NCBI GenBank assembly: GCA_000146045.2
Contig: BK006948.2
Coordinates: 384,001-448,000 of the forward strand
Reading direction: 5' to 3'
DNA length: 64,000 nt
Origin: TPA_inf: Saccharomyces
Lineage: Eukaryota
The notes under the pieces were generated by a model. It was not told where the DNA came from. It did not search any database and worked only from the letters and a program-made list of their open reading frames with translations. Of this stretch, positions 1-10,836 are shown piece by piece. Position 1 is the stretch's first letter; every line of letters starts with the position of its first letter. The position numbers and the translations under genes were made by a program.

Positions 1-420
1 TCTAAGCTGGTATGTGTTCAGTCTTGGTAAAGACGGAGGAATCAAATTGTTTATTGTCACCGGCCTTGCAATATGTGGGCCCGCAGTATTTGGAACATCC
101 TCACACAATGCTCCTATATTAACAGAATTTCTTCTTCCAGAAAGATCTGTAAGTGAGCCAGTTCTGCTCTCATAACCAGGCTCTTCAAGTGTTGCAATCT
201 TTGGGAGCTGAATTTGCGGTAGAGTCACATTCGAAGCAACTACCGAAATTGTATGCAAATCAGCCTTGTTCTCCTCTTTAATAAACCCTACAGGAGGGCT
301 TGGCACGAAAGCGGTATCCGTCATTTTTTTTGGCTTTGTACTGTCTCTTGTCATTGAATGGGAAGCTAAAATAGGTTGAAAATTAAAAGGATGATTGTCC
401 ATTTTTATTTGCATTAACAT
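1..420 (-). CDS. CIN5: bZIP (YAP-family) transcription factor CIN5/YAP4, N-terminal ~140 codons; the 3' part lies beyond the window start
   Basis: The reverse complement of 1-420 translates to MLMQIKMDNHPFNFQPILASHSMTRDSTKPKKMTDTAFVPSPPVGF..., which I recognise as the Cin5 N-terminus. The start codon is the reverse complement of 418-420. Confidence 0.8.
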   Translation of the reverse strand, partial: MLMQIKMDNHPFNFQPILASHSMTRDSTKPKKMTDTAFVPSPPVGFIKEENKADLHTISVVASNVTLPQIQLPKIATLEEPGYESRTGSLTDLSGRRNSVNIGALCEDVPNTAGPHIARPVTINNLIPPSLPRLNTYQLR

Positions 421-2824
421 TTGAGTAGGTTTTTGGTTTTCCTTCTTGTTCCAAGCTGTTATTCTATATCTATGATGAGATTAACGGCTGCAAAAAGTCG
501 TAGTTAATCAGTAAAATTATCTAATGAATTATTTGTAAGCAGAATGCGTGAGAAAAAATAAATCACCCAGTTCCTTTTTTATATACATGAACTTTGGTAA
601 TGATGCAGACATCAACTAGTTCTCGAGTGAGGAGGTATCCTTATCAAATCACTCTCTCCCTAGTATTGAAAGGGTTTTACTCGCCTTCTGCTCCTAGTTA
701 CGATTTTTGCCTAGTACTCCTTCCTACCCTCTTCCTCATAGATTTAATGCCAATAAAATTTTCTTTGCATGTCACCATTGGGATCGGTGAGGCAACTCCG
801 GTTCCGATTTTTTTTTTTTCAGCGCCGTGGTATTTCCGCTCGGGAAATCCCCTCCCGCATTGCGTCAGAGCTTATCGATGTAAAGTTAATTTCCCTTTTT
901 TTCGGTTGGGCTGGAGCACTTGGTTGCATTACTAACAAATTAACGAACAATAGTTTTAAAAGCAAGTGCCTTAAGATTTAGGTCATTCCTTCGAGGATTT
1001 CTGGGAACAATTTAAAGAATAACAGAAACTTTTGCGGCCCTTTTCATCATCTACGTGTTTTGTAAGAATGAGATCACATTCCACGTAGCCCTAAACATTG
1101 GCGTACATTTCCACTCGGAACCTTTTCTCGACCCCTCTCCGTACGCCAAGTTTTACCTTGAGGAGTAAGTCGTCAAAGGGGCGTGGGGCAGCCATTTCTT
1201 AGGAGGTGGGAAGACATGGCAGTGAGTGGGCCCTATGATTGCTGCTGCAGGGGACTTTTCAGGATAATCATGTAAACGATAAAACGGAAAAACAAAACTA
1301 CGGACGTTGTTACCTTTCCATTTTGAAATGTTTCTCCGAAAAAATACCATTTTGCACAGTTCAACATTCTTGATGGCAAAAGCGAAGCATTGCGTCAACG
1401 GGTTAGATAAGTCATTTACTGTCAATTAGTACCAATACCTGTCTTTGCTCACCGAATGGCACTATACAGTGACGTTAAGATCTTGTAGTTGTTTTTCAAG
1501 AAGGCACTAAATAAGGTAATATATGGTGCCTTTCGCAATGACTCGTGTATCTGGCAGATCTATAGCTGCACACCTGATTTTTTTGCTATATTTGAATCAG
1601 GAGTAAGTTTGAACCATAATCATTCCAATTCAGTTTGATAGTACCTTTTTTTTAAAATTTTTGAAAGAGCTATCGCTTAGCTATCGGCGGGCATATTGAA
1701 TTGCGCAGTAGATGAACATTTCACTAGTTGTGGCCAAAGAAGTTAGTTAAAAAGTGTAAATATGTCACAGTACTTATCCTTCTCTAAAGAATTAGTTTAT
1801 TAAAAGCAGCAACAAGAAGAATGACTGTCAACCATTTTTAGGTCATTGCAACAAATCTCAAAATACGCTTTTATAGATAATCTAAGAAGATCGTTATATG
1901 GGAATACTAACAGTGAGAAAATGGAAGAAACGGGTTAGCGTAGAAAATTGTAATTAAAAAACAACAGTTTTAAGAAGGTGGTGGGCAATTAATACTTGAG
2001 GATTAATACTTAGAGCTTATTCAAAAAGAAAAGATAGAATTTCATGTAATACATGAGAACAATGTAAGGTTTTTAAGGTAACGAGTAACTAAGTTTTGAA
2101 ATATCTTCACTAGCCTTGCAATCATCTTTTAGCTTTTCTATTTGCCGGATTCTTTACAACATAATCACGCTTTCTTCTAGTTGTAATTTTCCTTCTAGAT
2201 GTCATTATTTCAACCGATGTCATTAATATCCTTTTATGGTGTTTACAAAAAGAAAGTTTCAAGTACCGCTCACCTACACTACGTTGTAATTCTTAGATAC
2301 ATAACTTTAGTTTTGTCGCCTATGTGCACAGATAAACAAAACAACCTATAAAATTTCCGTTGGGCCCTTTTGTCCCTGATTTCTGGTGTGTAACCCATTT
2401 ATTTCTGTCCTGTAATAATTCGTCTTCGGTGATTGCCATATATACACAGTTTAGCTTTACTAACTATAAACATCCGAGAAGAAGAAAAAAGAAGGTCTGA
2501 TTTCTATCAAACAACATGTGAAGATAACACAATCGATGTGATTGATATCAGATTTACTAGCCCCGTTGGATTGAAAAATCTGCAAGGAAGGGCTAAAGAG
2601 CAATATACTTTCTTTTGTTGTTTCGGGGTGATGAGAAAATTGTAACTTTTTTTTTTAACTTGGCGAGAAAATTGACTGGAAGAAGTGTCAAAGATAAGGC
2701 TTCTATCATATTCAAAACAAGTACCACCAAATGGCAGCTCAACTCCGAAGGCTCAAAAACAATACTTATTGATATTGCACTCACAAGCATTTTTTGTTGC
2801 GGAACGTCTTTACGTGCAAGATTA

Positions 2825-4684
2825 ATGATCATAAGATTGCATTTTTACTACCTCCTCACTTTAGTTTACCATTTAGGACTTGTAGGTGCGTATGAAAAAG
2901 CAGCAAGAAAGAGAATTCAACCTCCCGATTTGATACCTGGTCCTCCGGGACATAAACTTGGTGATGAAAGACCACCGCATTACGACCACCGGCCACCTTA
3001 TAAAAAACACATCGACAACATTCCAGCTTACAATCTGACTGATTTGATAGATGATAAACTACTAAATAAATATGAAAACTCATGCACGGTAAATGTATTG
3101 ACAGGTGGCTTCATCTCTCTAGCAAGTAATTCGTGGCACTTACGTGCTTATAATTACACTTTAAATTACCCATCCTTTTTGATCCGATGCGATAATGGCA
3201 GTGCAAATCCTAATTTCTCTCATGTCTTACAAGACTTTGTTTATGACATCAACAACAAATTCAACGTTCAAGATGACAGTAGTAAATACATCGGAAAAGA
3301 CCCATTTCCCTTAGGAATGATAATGATCACCTTTGCTTCTGGGTGTATCTGTGTGGCAACATGGATGCTATTTTTGGTTGTCTTATTACTGCCATCCGAT
3401 AATCATAATAGAAGAAATAAAGTTGTACATGTTTACGTCCTTTTCTCTGCGATTATAAGAACTGTATTTCTAAACGAGACTATAGCCGTCATATTTGACA
3501 GCCAATATCACGATGACTACCAGGATGCGAGCCAATTTGAATCGTTCATCGTAGAAACTGCACCATATAAAATATGTGAATTAGTTGCAAATATTTTGAG
3601 TGATATAAACTGGATTTATATTGTTCACTACTTACAGTCCAATTATGGAAAACCAACTTGGAATTGGATCCCATTTAAAATGAAAAAGGGGACACATATC
3701 ATAATTACCGTGGGTTGCTTCCTCTCACTAGCCGATAACATTTTATTCGCAAACCTTCTTTGGAGAAAGAACCTTGTAGTTTTGAAGGTATTTTACAAGC
3801 TAATCGAATTACTGATTTACACAATTTTCATCTCCATTATTTGTTACTTCACATGGCATAATTTTGCTTACATACTTTTACCGAAAACTGCTGAAATTAA
3901 TACGGACGGTAAGTGTAAAACGAAATTGAGAATTCTTTGGGAAAATTATCACGAAACTATACCATTATTGGCGTATAATATTCTTATATTTATTTTATTC
4001 TATTTCACCACAATTTTTTTCGCTGCTTTCACCAAACATGTTAGAGGTTGGACATTTAACTTTGTTCATCTTTTGAAAGTTTTAATAACAGTGAACGTTT
4101 GGGGCTTAATTGGAGTATTGGAAAAGAGGGAGCTGCACATAAGCAAAAAAACAGTCCTTGGACGAAAAATTAACAATAGGGACAAATTTTTCGCCAATCC
4201 AACAGTCAATTATTACGGAGAAGATTTAGGCAAGCATTTAAGCGCCATAACGTTAAACAGGGATTTAAACACTACTAAAAGTAACACTACTTCCCACGAT
4301 TCATCAAGTTTAGTAGGATCCCCTTCACCCACCTGGAAATCTCCAATCGAAAGAATAAGGGACAGAAGAAGAAGACATAAGATAATGAAAAGTGAGAATA
4401 AATTTGGGCAAAATCCCAGTTTTGGAAGTAAATCGAATGGCAAACCTAATACTAAAACGACATTATCCAAATATCGACAGCTATTAAGGAAGCCTAGGCG
4501 AAAAACCAATTCATATGAACCAAAAAATGGCATTGGACAGAATAAAGAAGGCTCAACTGTTAGACCAGGAGCCGACAAACATATTAGAGATTCCAATTAT
4601 CTAGCTACAGACATCAGTGACAACGAAAGTATGGAAACCGAACTTCGAACCAACCACATTTATAATTACGAAAATAGTGATTAA
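2825..4684 (+). CDS. DFG16: 7-TM membrane protein of the Rim101 pH-response pathway (619 aa using the second in-frame ATG of ORF 2615..4684)
   Basis: The translation is multi-pass hydrophobic and matches Dfg16. Starting at the ATG at 2825 gives a length of 619 aa. It sits next to CRS5 and HMS1, as in the reference. Confidence 0.85.
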   Translation: MIIRLHFYYLLTLVYHLGLVGAYEKAARKRIQPPDLIPGPPGHKLGDERPPHYDHRPPYKKHIDNIPAYNLTDLIDDKLLNKYENSCTVNVLTGGFISLASNSWHLRAYNYTLNYPSFLIRCDNGSANPNFSHVLQDFVYDINNKFNVQDDSSKYIGKDPFPLGMIMITFASGCICVATWMLFLVVLLLPSDNHNRRNKVVHVYVLFSAIIRTVFLNETIAVIFDSQYHDDYQDASQFESFIVETAPYKICELVANILSDINWIYIVHYLQSNYGKPTWNWIPFKMKKGTHIIITVGCFLSLADNILFANLLWRKNLVVLKVFYKLIELLIYTIFISIICYFTWHNFAYILLPKTAEINTDGKCKTKLRILWENYHETIPLLAYNILIFILFYFTTIFFAAFTKHVRGWTFNFVHLLKVLITVNVWGLIGVLEKRELHISKKTVLGRKINNRDKFFANPTVNYYGEDLGKHLSAITLNRDLNTTKSNTTSHDSSSLVGSPSPTWKSPIERIRDRRRRHKIMKSENKFGQNPSFGSKSNGKPNTKTTLSKYRQLLRKPRRKTNSYEPKNGIGQNKEGSTVRPGADKHIRDSNYLATDISDNESMETELRTNHIYNYENSD

Positions 4685-5037
4685 GGCAGGCCCAGTGGAC
4701 GAAAAGACATAACTGCAGAAGTACAGCTGCCTTTATTTCTTGTGGTCATTTATTGCTTTTATTTTCAAGTCAGATATACAAGAAAATCAAATCCCATCGT
4801 CAACGTCACGTATAAACGATTAATTTACAGTAATACCATACTCTACCAACATTATTTTAGTCCGACGTTCAGTCCTGTAGGTGTTCCAAATCCTTCTGGC
4901 ATTGACTTCTGTGCAGAAACCCTTCAAAATGAGTTCCACTTTACGTCAGATCGCATAACAACCGGTCATATATTTTTTTCTTTTGCTAAACCCCCTACTG
5001 CAAGCACTTTTAAGAAAAAGAACAATAAATGCGTCTT

Positions 5038-5046
5038 TATTGCTGT
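5038..5046 (+). promoter_or_regulatory. Candidate Ace1 copper-response element (TATTGCTGT, matching THNNGCTGD) about 170 bp upstream of the CRS5 ATG
   Basis: Motif seen in the sequence. CRS5 is known to be Ace1/copper regulated through a GCTG-core site. Confidence 0.3.
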
Positions 5047-5212
5047 GTGGAAGTGATTTTTGTCTTTCGGACAAAAAAAGGATAGGGATGCGAGAGGGCT
5101 GTGAAGTAGTGATCAAGCGGGGCCTATATAAGAAGGGCGCACATCGTCCCCCCTAAGAATAGCGAAGCGATATTACACTGAACACTACAATGTCAAATAG
5201 TACTCAATAAAT

Positions 5213-5422
5213 ATGACTGTAAAAATATGTGACTGTTAAGGCGAATGTTGTAAGGACTCTTGTCATTGTGGGAGCACCTGCCTTCCAAGCTGTTCTGGCG
5301 GTGAAAAGTGCAAATGTGATCACAGCACCGGAAGCCCTCAATGTAAGAGTTGTGGTGAAAAATGCAAATGCGAAACCACGTGCACTTGTGAAAAGAGTAA
5401 ATGCAATTGTGAAAAATGTTAG
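5213..5422 (+). pseudogene. CRS5: CRS5 copper metallothionein reading frame interrupted by an in-frame TAA at codon 9 (5237-5239). The frame otherwise encodes the full 69-aa Cys-rich protein.
   Basis: ATG at 5213, then MTVKICDC*GECCKDSCHCGSTCLPSCSGGEKCKCDHSTGSPQCKSCGEKCKCETTCTCEKSKCNCEKC*. The reference protein as I recall it has Glu (GAA) at position 9. TATA (tatataag) is at 5125-5132 and an Ace1-like element at 5038-5046. Confidence 0.8.
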
Positions 5423-5770
5423 GTGACCCCTACTCTTTACTTATCATAAATACATCATCATATTTTACCCTTAATTAACAACATTTATTTAACTGCATGA
5501 ACTAAATATAAGGTATAGTTTCTTTTTCCCGGAATCTTTTTTTTAGATCGTTATTATTTAGACGGCACTAAGAGAAATAAATTAAACTAAATTACGGTGC
5601 GGAGCTCAAGGCATCTGCGAGTGTTTACTAACACTAAAAGAGATGAATAAAATAGATTTCTCAATGCAAAATTAAAATTACAATGTTACGCATACACACA
5701 AGTACAGATTTGTATATAGTATTTCTTCTTCGTTTTATCTGTCGTGTTGAAACATTTTGTTGTTCAAGTA

Positions 5771-7075
5771 TTAAAAGTCTCCTGCGTTGTTAAAATCCAT
5801 ATCATGTGAATTGTTGGTGCCGCTCATGAGGCCGTTTTGATGTGGAATATTATATTGAATGTTATGCAATGGTTGTTGTTGTCGTGGCTGCCGCTGCCGT
5901 TGGCGTTGGCAGCTTCTGGTTTGCTTTTGTACTTGTTCACTACTACTGTTGTCACTCAACGGTTGAGATGGCTCGGTAAGATGGACGAAAGAATCCCGTG
6001 TGTCATTTGATAAATGTTGATTAGCCAAGCTTAGCTGTAGGCACTTTCTTTCTAAATGACAAATATATTCAATAGATTTCGTTAAAATGGACGCCTTATT
6101 CAATTTTGTTGCTGGCTCTAGGCCATCTAAGTCTGCTAGGTCTCTAGATGTAATGGGAAGATCGTTACATTTTTTATACGCTACTCGTAGCGTTGGGACA
6201 GTTCTCCTTAATTGTTCAATTTTATCATTAATATTGGAACGGTATTTCTTTTCAATTATATTGTGTGATACCCTTCCTGTCCTCACCCTTGTTATTCTTT
6301 TGGGTTTAACATGAAAATGTTTCCGTATAGGTGAAGTTTTTAACTTGAAGCTCATACTGTCAGCATTGTCAATATTCTCCAAATTCAAAGATGATTTAAT
6401 CTCGTCTGCAGTAACTAAGGGAGACTCTGTCTTCGATAAAGGCAAAAAATTTTCAAAGCCAGACAATTGTTCCTTTTTCACGATTGAAGCTGCTGAAAGA
6501 AGACTCGAGTCCTTTTCAGATTTAAGATCGGTTTGCTTTACATTATCAATGTTTTCATTTTCCTCGCTACTAAAGACTTCCATGTTATCAATGTATTCTT
6601 CGCTGTCAATAGTATTGCCATTGTCTGTAGTCATTGTAGTACTACCCGTCGTTGTTGTAGGTATAGAAGCCAGAGCATCATTATAGTAATTACTATCAAT
6701 TACTGGAGTGTGGCCTGAAGTATTAGGAAACGAGGAGTCACTATACTGGTCTGTGGCAGAATATGTGTTGTTCTTATATACAGGAGGCACGGGAGGTTGA
6801 AGATGGATGGGATGCTGAAATGGAGCGTAATAAGCATGCGTCGGAGGTCCTTGAGAACCCAAATCCTCGGTATTGTAATTTGGTGGCGGCACGTTGTAAT
6901 TGTTACTTTGAAACATTAAATACATTTGGTTCGTGGTTACATTTACATTCTGCTCTTCGCTGCCATCTTGAGCACTTCTACAATCAAAAACCTTGATGGC
7001 GACTTTATTACCTAGGTCGTTCATTACAGAATTGCCATCCGAAGAACCAGAAAAAGGTTTTTGAAAATTTGGCAT
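5771..7075 (-). CDS. HMS1: bHLH (myc-family) transcription factor; 434 aa if started at the third codon (Met) of ORF 5771..7081
   Basis: Contains the bHLH segment HNIIEKKYRSNINDKIEQLRRTVPTLR and a QRQRQRQPRQQQ tail. Length and position match HMS1. Confidence 0.85.
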   Translation of the reverse strand: MPNFQKPFSGSSDGNSVMNDLGNKVAIKVFDCRSAQDGSEEQNVNVTTNQMYLMFQSNNYNVPPPNYNTEDLGSQGPPTHAYYAPFQHPIHLQPPVPPVYKNNTYSATDQYSDSSFPNTSGHTPVIDSNYYNDALASIPTTTTGSTTMTTDNGNTIDSEEYIDNMEVFSSEENENIDNVKQTDLKSEKDSSLLSAASIVKKEQLSGFENFLPLSKTESPLVTADEIKSSLNLENIDNADSMSFKLKTSPIRKHFHVKPKRITRVRTGRVSHNIIEKKYRSNINDKIEQLRRTVPTLRVAYKKCNDLPITSRDLADLDGLEPATKLNKASILTKSIEYICHLERKCLQLSLANQHLSNDTRDSFVHLTEPSQPLSDNSSSEQVQKQTRSCQRQRQRQPRQQQPLHNIQYNIPHQNGLMSGTNNSHDMDFNNAGDF

Positions 7076-8175
7076 TTCCAATTTATACTCTTATCGTTGC
7101 TAAAATGAGTCGTGTACTGCAACTGCTCTATATTCTATATTCTAAGCGAATGGGTGGGTGGGTGTGACTAACTATTAAACTACCTAAGCGATCTCGAGAG
7201 CCAAGGCGAGTAGTAGAAATAAAACTAGAAGCGCGCTTTACAGGTTTGACCTTAAGTATGATGCGATAAGACACTTACATAGGACGATTTTTGAGGCTTA
7301 CAATGTGTAACCAAGGTATATAAAAGGTGCTGCTGCTCTTGGGAAAAATACAAAGAAAACGCCTACGGTAAAAATACAATACCAGCTATTTTTTTCTTTT
7401 GAGAAGCCCACTCAAAGTAAAAATTAAACAATGATGGAAAAGAACGGAAAAAAGTTCAAACAGAAAATTAAAATACAGCAGAGAAGACTAGGCACAACAA
7501 AGTGGGATTGTGTCTACGCTTTTAACGGTGTACCCTTTTTCCTCGCCACGTTTTCACTCAGATCTAAATCTCTGCTGTAATTTACAGCGGCATAAGAAGG
7601 CACGTCCCCTGAAAGTAGGCTAGCCAGAAAACAAAAAGGCCAGAATCGGCGCGGAACTTCTCGTATCGAGAGCAAATGAGGGGTGCGGCACACAGTAGGA
7701 AAGGGTAACTGATTAACATACGTACACCCCGGCATAAAAGCTTCTGCAGGCTTTGTAGGCAAGAGACACTGCGGAGAATAAAAGGTTGTGACGCCCAATA
7801 CCTTCGCCGGACTCCTTCTTGGCGTTCACAAAAGACGATGCTGCAGCATTTTTTTCTTGCGTCGAACTCGCGCCCACAGCAACGAGACGGTTCCGTTCCT
7901 TCCCGTAATGTTGCTTTGATTAACAAAATTCTCGTTTCCTCAGTTCTGTGAGCCCGTTTGTCAGCAGAGGAATCCCAATGAAGAAAATTTTTTCTGGAAA
8001 GTAAAAGCGAGCGAAAAGTTTAAGGTTCAGATTGCATCACTATTCGTTCAGTTGATAGCGAATGTAGACCGCTAGCGGCTTGATTAGATAAATAGAGTGG
8101 GTTAAAAAAAAGGAAAAAAAAAATGTGAATTGCACATGCCCAGCGCGCTCGCAAAACATATAAAGTTGTCCTCAC

Positions 8176-8376
8176 ATGCGGCGTGCATTGTTCATAGCGG
8201 GGCAAACATACTTGTGGCTTAATTTGACACATCTACTTTTAATCTTTTCTTGGTCTAGTACAATGGCTTTTTCCCAAAGTAGAAGGCTTCTTACTCCAAC
8301 CGTACCCTGTCCTACTTTACTGGGCATTGATTTTTTAATTCTTGTCTTGAGGCATTTCGACGAGATTTTCATTTGA
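8176..8376 (+). CDS. Small 66-aa ORF in the HMS1-EXO1 intergenic region (corresponds to the small annotated ORF YOR032W-A as I recall it). Coding status uncertain.
   Basis: ORF track only. Hydrophobic and low complexity. Confidence 0.2.
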   Translation: MRRALFIAGQTYLWLNLTHLLLIFSWSSTMAFSQSRRLLTPTVPCPTLLGIDFLILVLRHFDEIFI

Positions 8377-8415
8377 AAAATATACCTCCGATATGAAACG
8401 TGCAGTACTTAACTT

Positions 8416-10524
8416 TTATTTACCTTTATAAACAAATTGGGAAAGCAAGGAGATAGATCTGACTGCCGGCCGAGCTTGGCTTGACTTAGTAGTTTCGATG
8501 TCCCTTTTCTTACTTTCCTCATGCAAAATTGGTGATGAATTGAATGATTTTCGTTCATCTACGCTTTTCATGTCAATCACAATTCTCTGTGACCTGGCAC
8601 CAATAAGGCTTTTTCGCAGTGATGGCCTTTGCGTGATTTGATTTTTACCATCGTTATCGTCGCAATCATCATCTCTATTTTGATTGACGTATACCATTCC
8701 TCTACTTTTTTGATTAACGTGCCGAGGAAATAGTGGTTGTCTATTTGCATTAACTCCGCTGAATGAAGATGAATATCTAAACTTTTGTAAAACTTTTGTG
8801 CACCCCGATATACTCCTCTGGGATGACCCGGGAAATGAGGTGGTGCTGCTCGTGGGAACTCTTGATTCCGCAGTTTCGCTATAATCCTCGCTAGTATCGC
8901 CATCACCGTCATCATCTGTATTATAGATTTCGTTACCGATAGTCTTTCCTTCAGAATTCTTTCGGTCCTCTTCAATGTCACTGACAACTTCAGAAACCTC
9001 TTCACTCAGGTTGTCGTCATCCTCTAAATTGGTTGTAATAAAAGAACTAGGTATTTGTGTAGATAGTTGAGACTCGGAAACAGGCTCTTCCAAAGATTGT
9101 GAGTTTGTGTCCTCTTTAAAATCCTGTATGCTGTCGCCTTTTTCTTTGAAGTTTTCCACAACAGTCATGGAGGGTTTATTAAAAAATTTGCTTCTTGTAT
9201 CCTTCAACGTTTCTTGGACTACATTGGCATTACTTAATTTCCTACGCTTAATTGCCATTGTCAGTTTGTCTTCCGCTTGTCTTAGACTATGGATGTTATT
9301 TGCAACTTTTGGGTTATGATCCAATTTTGTCATTTTTTGGAAGAACGATTCTATTGGTTTGACTTTGGCTTCAGAATTAGTAGTATTAGTTTTCCCGAAC
9401 TCTATATTTGACTTGGATGCCAGCTGTAATTTGTGCTCTCTGTTGGCTAGAGGTTGGTGAAAATCATATGGATTCAAGTCACCTTGAGCAATTTTTAAAT
9501 GCAAGTGGTGATCTATATCGTCGTCGAAATGAACAATTTGCTTTTTCTGAGTTTCTCTGTGTATGACAAAACCAATGCACGCGTAGAGTCTTTTTCTTTT
9601 ACTTTCGGTATCTTTCAAGTACAGCGGAATTTCATTCAAGCTCACTATTTTCTTCCGAATAGGGCAAAATACCCTTTGGAATTGAAATGCTAAAACTGCA
9701 GCTTCATATTCATTAATGTATGTGTCTGGTATCATCAGTTTTCCCTCCCGCTGTATACTCAGAATTATCCTTTCAATAGTATTGAATCTTCTAACTAATT
9801 TCATTGCGGTAATCAGGCCAACCTTGGGAATTCCATTTGTATAGTCACAACCGGATAAACAAACCATTGTTATGATTTCTTCATTAGTTAAGGATCCCAA
9901 CGGAAACTTTTTAGGCAGTTTAATAAAATTATCGCGACATATTTCTAAACATTCTCCATAATCATTCAGCTTCGTAATGAGACGTCGACATCCGAAGACG
10001 AGGAGGTCAGAATCTTCGGATATTATTCCTTGCACAATGTTTTTCTGTTCTAAATATACCATTTGAGAGTCAGCCTCAAACGGAGCCACTATGTACCGAA
10101 TACCGTTTAGCTTACAGTAGCATATGATACATTTTGCCATTTCAGGCGTTATGTCGACACATTTTTGAAAATAGTCCATAGCATTTTTCTTTTCGCCACA
10201 GGCCCACAGTCTTTCAGCTATGGCTTTGTTTTCTTTTCTCTTATCCCTTCTTTTAGATTCAGTAGACTTTTTAACTGGAATGGCATCACCATCGAAGACC
10301 AAATACGGTTCAACTTTAAAGGTTTTCAATAAACTAAATCTTTTTATGAAAAACTGCAGGTACTTATCAGTTGGTTTTCCCATTGCAAGTTCATAAGCAC
10401 AAGAGCAGGCTGCTCTATGTAGCCATGCATAGCCATCAATGGCTAACACTTCTCCTTCATACCTACGTAGTGATACTGGATTCTGTATGGGCTTTAACTG
10501 AGGAAGAAGACCTTGGATACCCAT
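8416..10524 (-). CDS. EXO1: 5'-3' exonuclease / flap endonuclease of the Rad2/XPG family (702 aa)
   Basis: The N-terminus MGIQGLLPQLKPIQNPVSLRRYEGEVLAIDGYAWLHRA is the XPG-N domain. The length of 702 aa matches Exo1. Confidence 0.95.
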   Translation of the reverse strand: MGIQGLLPQLKPIQNPVSLRRYEGEVLAIDGYAWLHRAACSCAYELAMGKPTDKYLQFFIKRFSLLKTFKVEPYLVFDGDAIPVKKSTESKRRDKRKENKAIAERLWACGEKKNAMDYFQKCVDITPEMAKCIICYCKLNGIRYIVAPFEADSQMVYLEQKNIVQGIISEDSDLLVFGCRRLITKLNDYGECLEICRDNFIKLPKKFPLGSLTNEEIITMVCLSGCDYTNGIPKVGLITAMKLVRRFNTIERIILSIQREGKLMIPDTYINEYEAAVLAFQFQRVFCPIRKKIVSLNEIPLYLKDTESKRKRLYACIGFVIHRETQKKQIVHFDDDIDHHLHLKIAQGDLNPYDFHQPLANREHKLQLASKSNIEFGKTNTTNSEAKVKPIESFFQKMTKLDHNPKVANNIHSLRQAEDKLTMAIKRRKLSNANVVQETLKDTRSKFFNKPSMTVVENFKEKGDSIQDFKEDTNSQSLEEPVSESQLSTQIPSSFITTNLEDDDNLSEEVSEVVSDIEEDRKNSEGKTIGNEIYNTDDDGDGDTSEDYSETAESRVPTSSTTSFPGSSQRSISGCTKVLQKFRYSSSFSGVNANRQPLFPRHVNQKSRGMVYVNQNRDDDCDDNDGKNQITQRPSLRKSLIGARSQRIVIDMKSVDERKSFNSSPILHEESKKRDIETTKSSQARPAVRSISLLSQFVYKGK

Positions 10525-10772
10525 TCCTTTCTACGCCTTTCAGTTTTTTCGAGCTCCTTTTATTTTAATGTGGTCCAAAAAGCAATATCAAATATAATTC
10601 TATGAGAGCATATAGATATACCTGAAGGAGCAAGGACCTGATATTTTTTGTTAAGGTTTTTTTACACGGGCCAGTAATACAAATTTCTCGAAAGATCCTT
10701 TTGCCTTCTATCAATCACGCAAATTTTTGTTGTGCACAAAACTAGTTATTGTACTTCCCGCCTTTGCTAAAG

Positions 10773-10778
10773 ACGCGT
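10773..10778 (+). promoter_or_regulatory. MCB (MluI cell-cycle box, ACGCGT) about 250 bp upstream of the EXO1 ATG, in the EXO1/AKR2 intergenic region
   Basis: Exact ACGCGT hexamer. EXO1 is a known G1/S MBF-regulated gene. Confidence 0.4.
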
Positions 10779-10836
10779 AAGAAAAAAAAGTACAAATAAT
10801 GCCCTATAAAGAAAAAAATTTAAATAAAACGCGAAC

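Noticed and set aside
594-981. 113-aa and 70-aa ORFs in the CIN5 upstream region
   Set aside because: Poly-Phe and other low-complexity segments. They lie inside a promoter region and are probably not coding.
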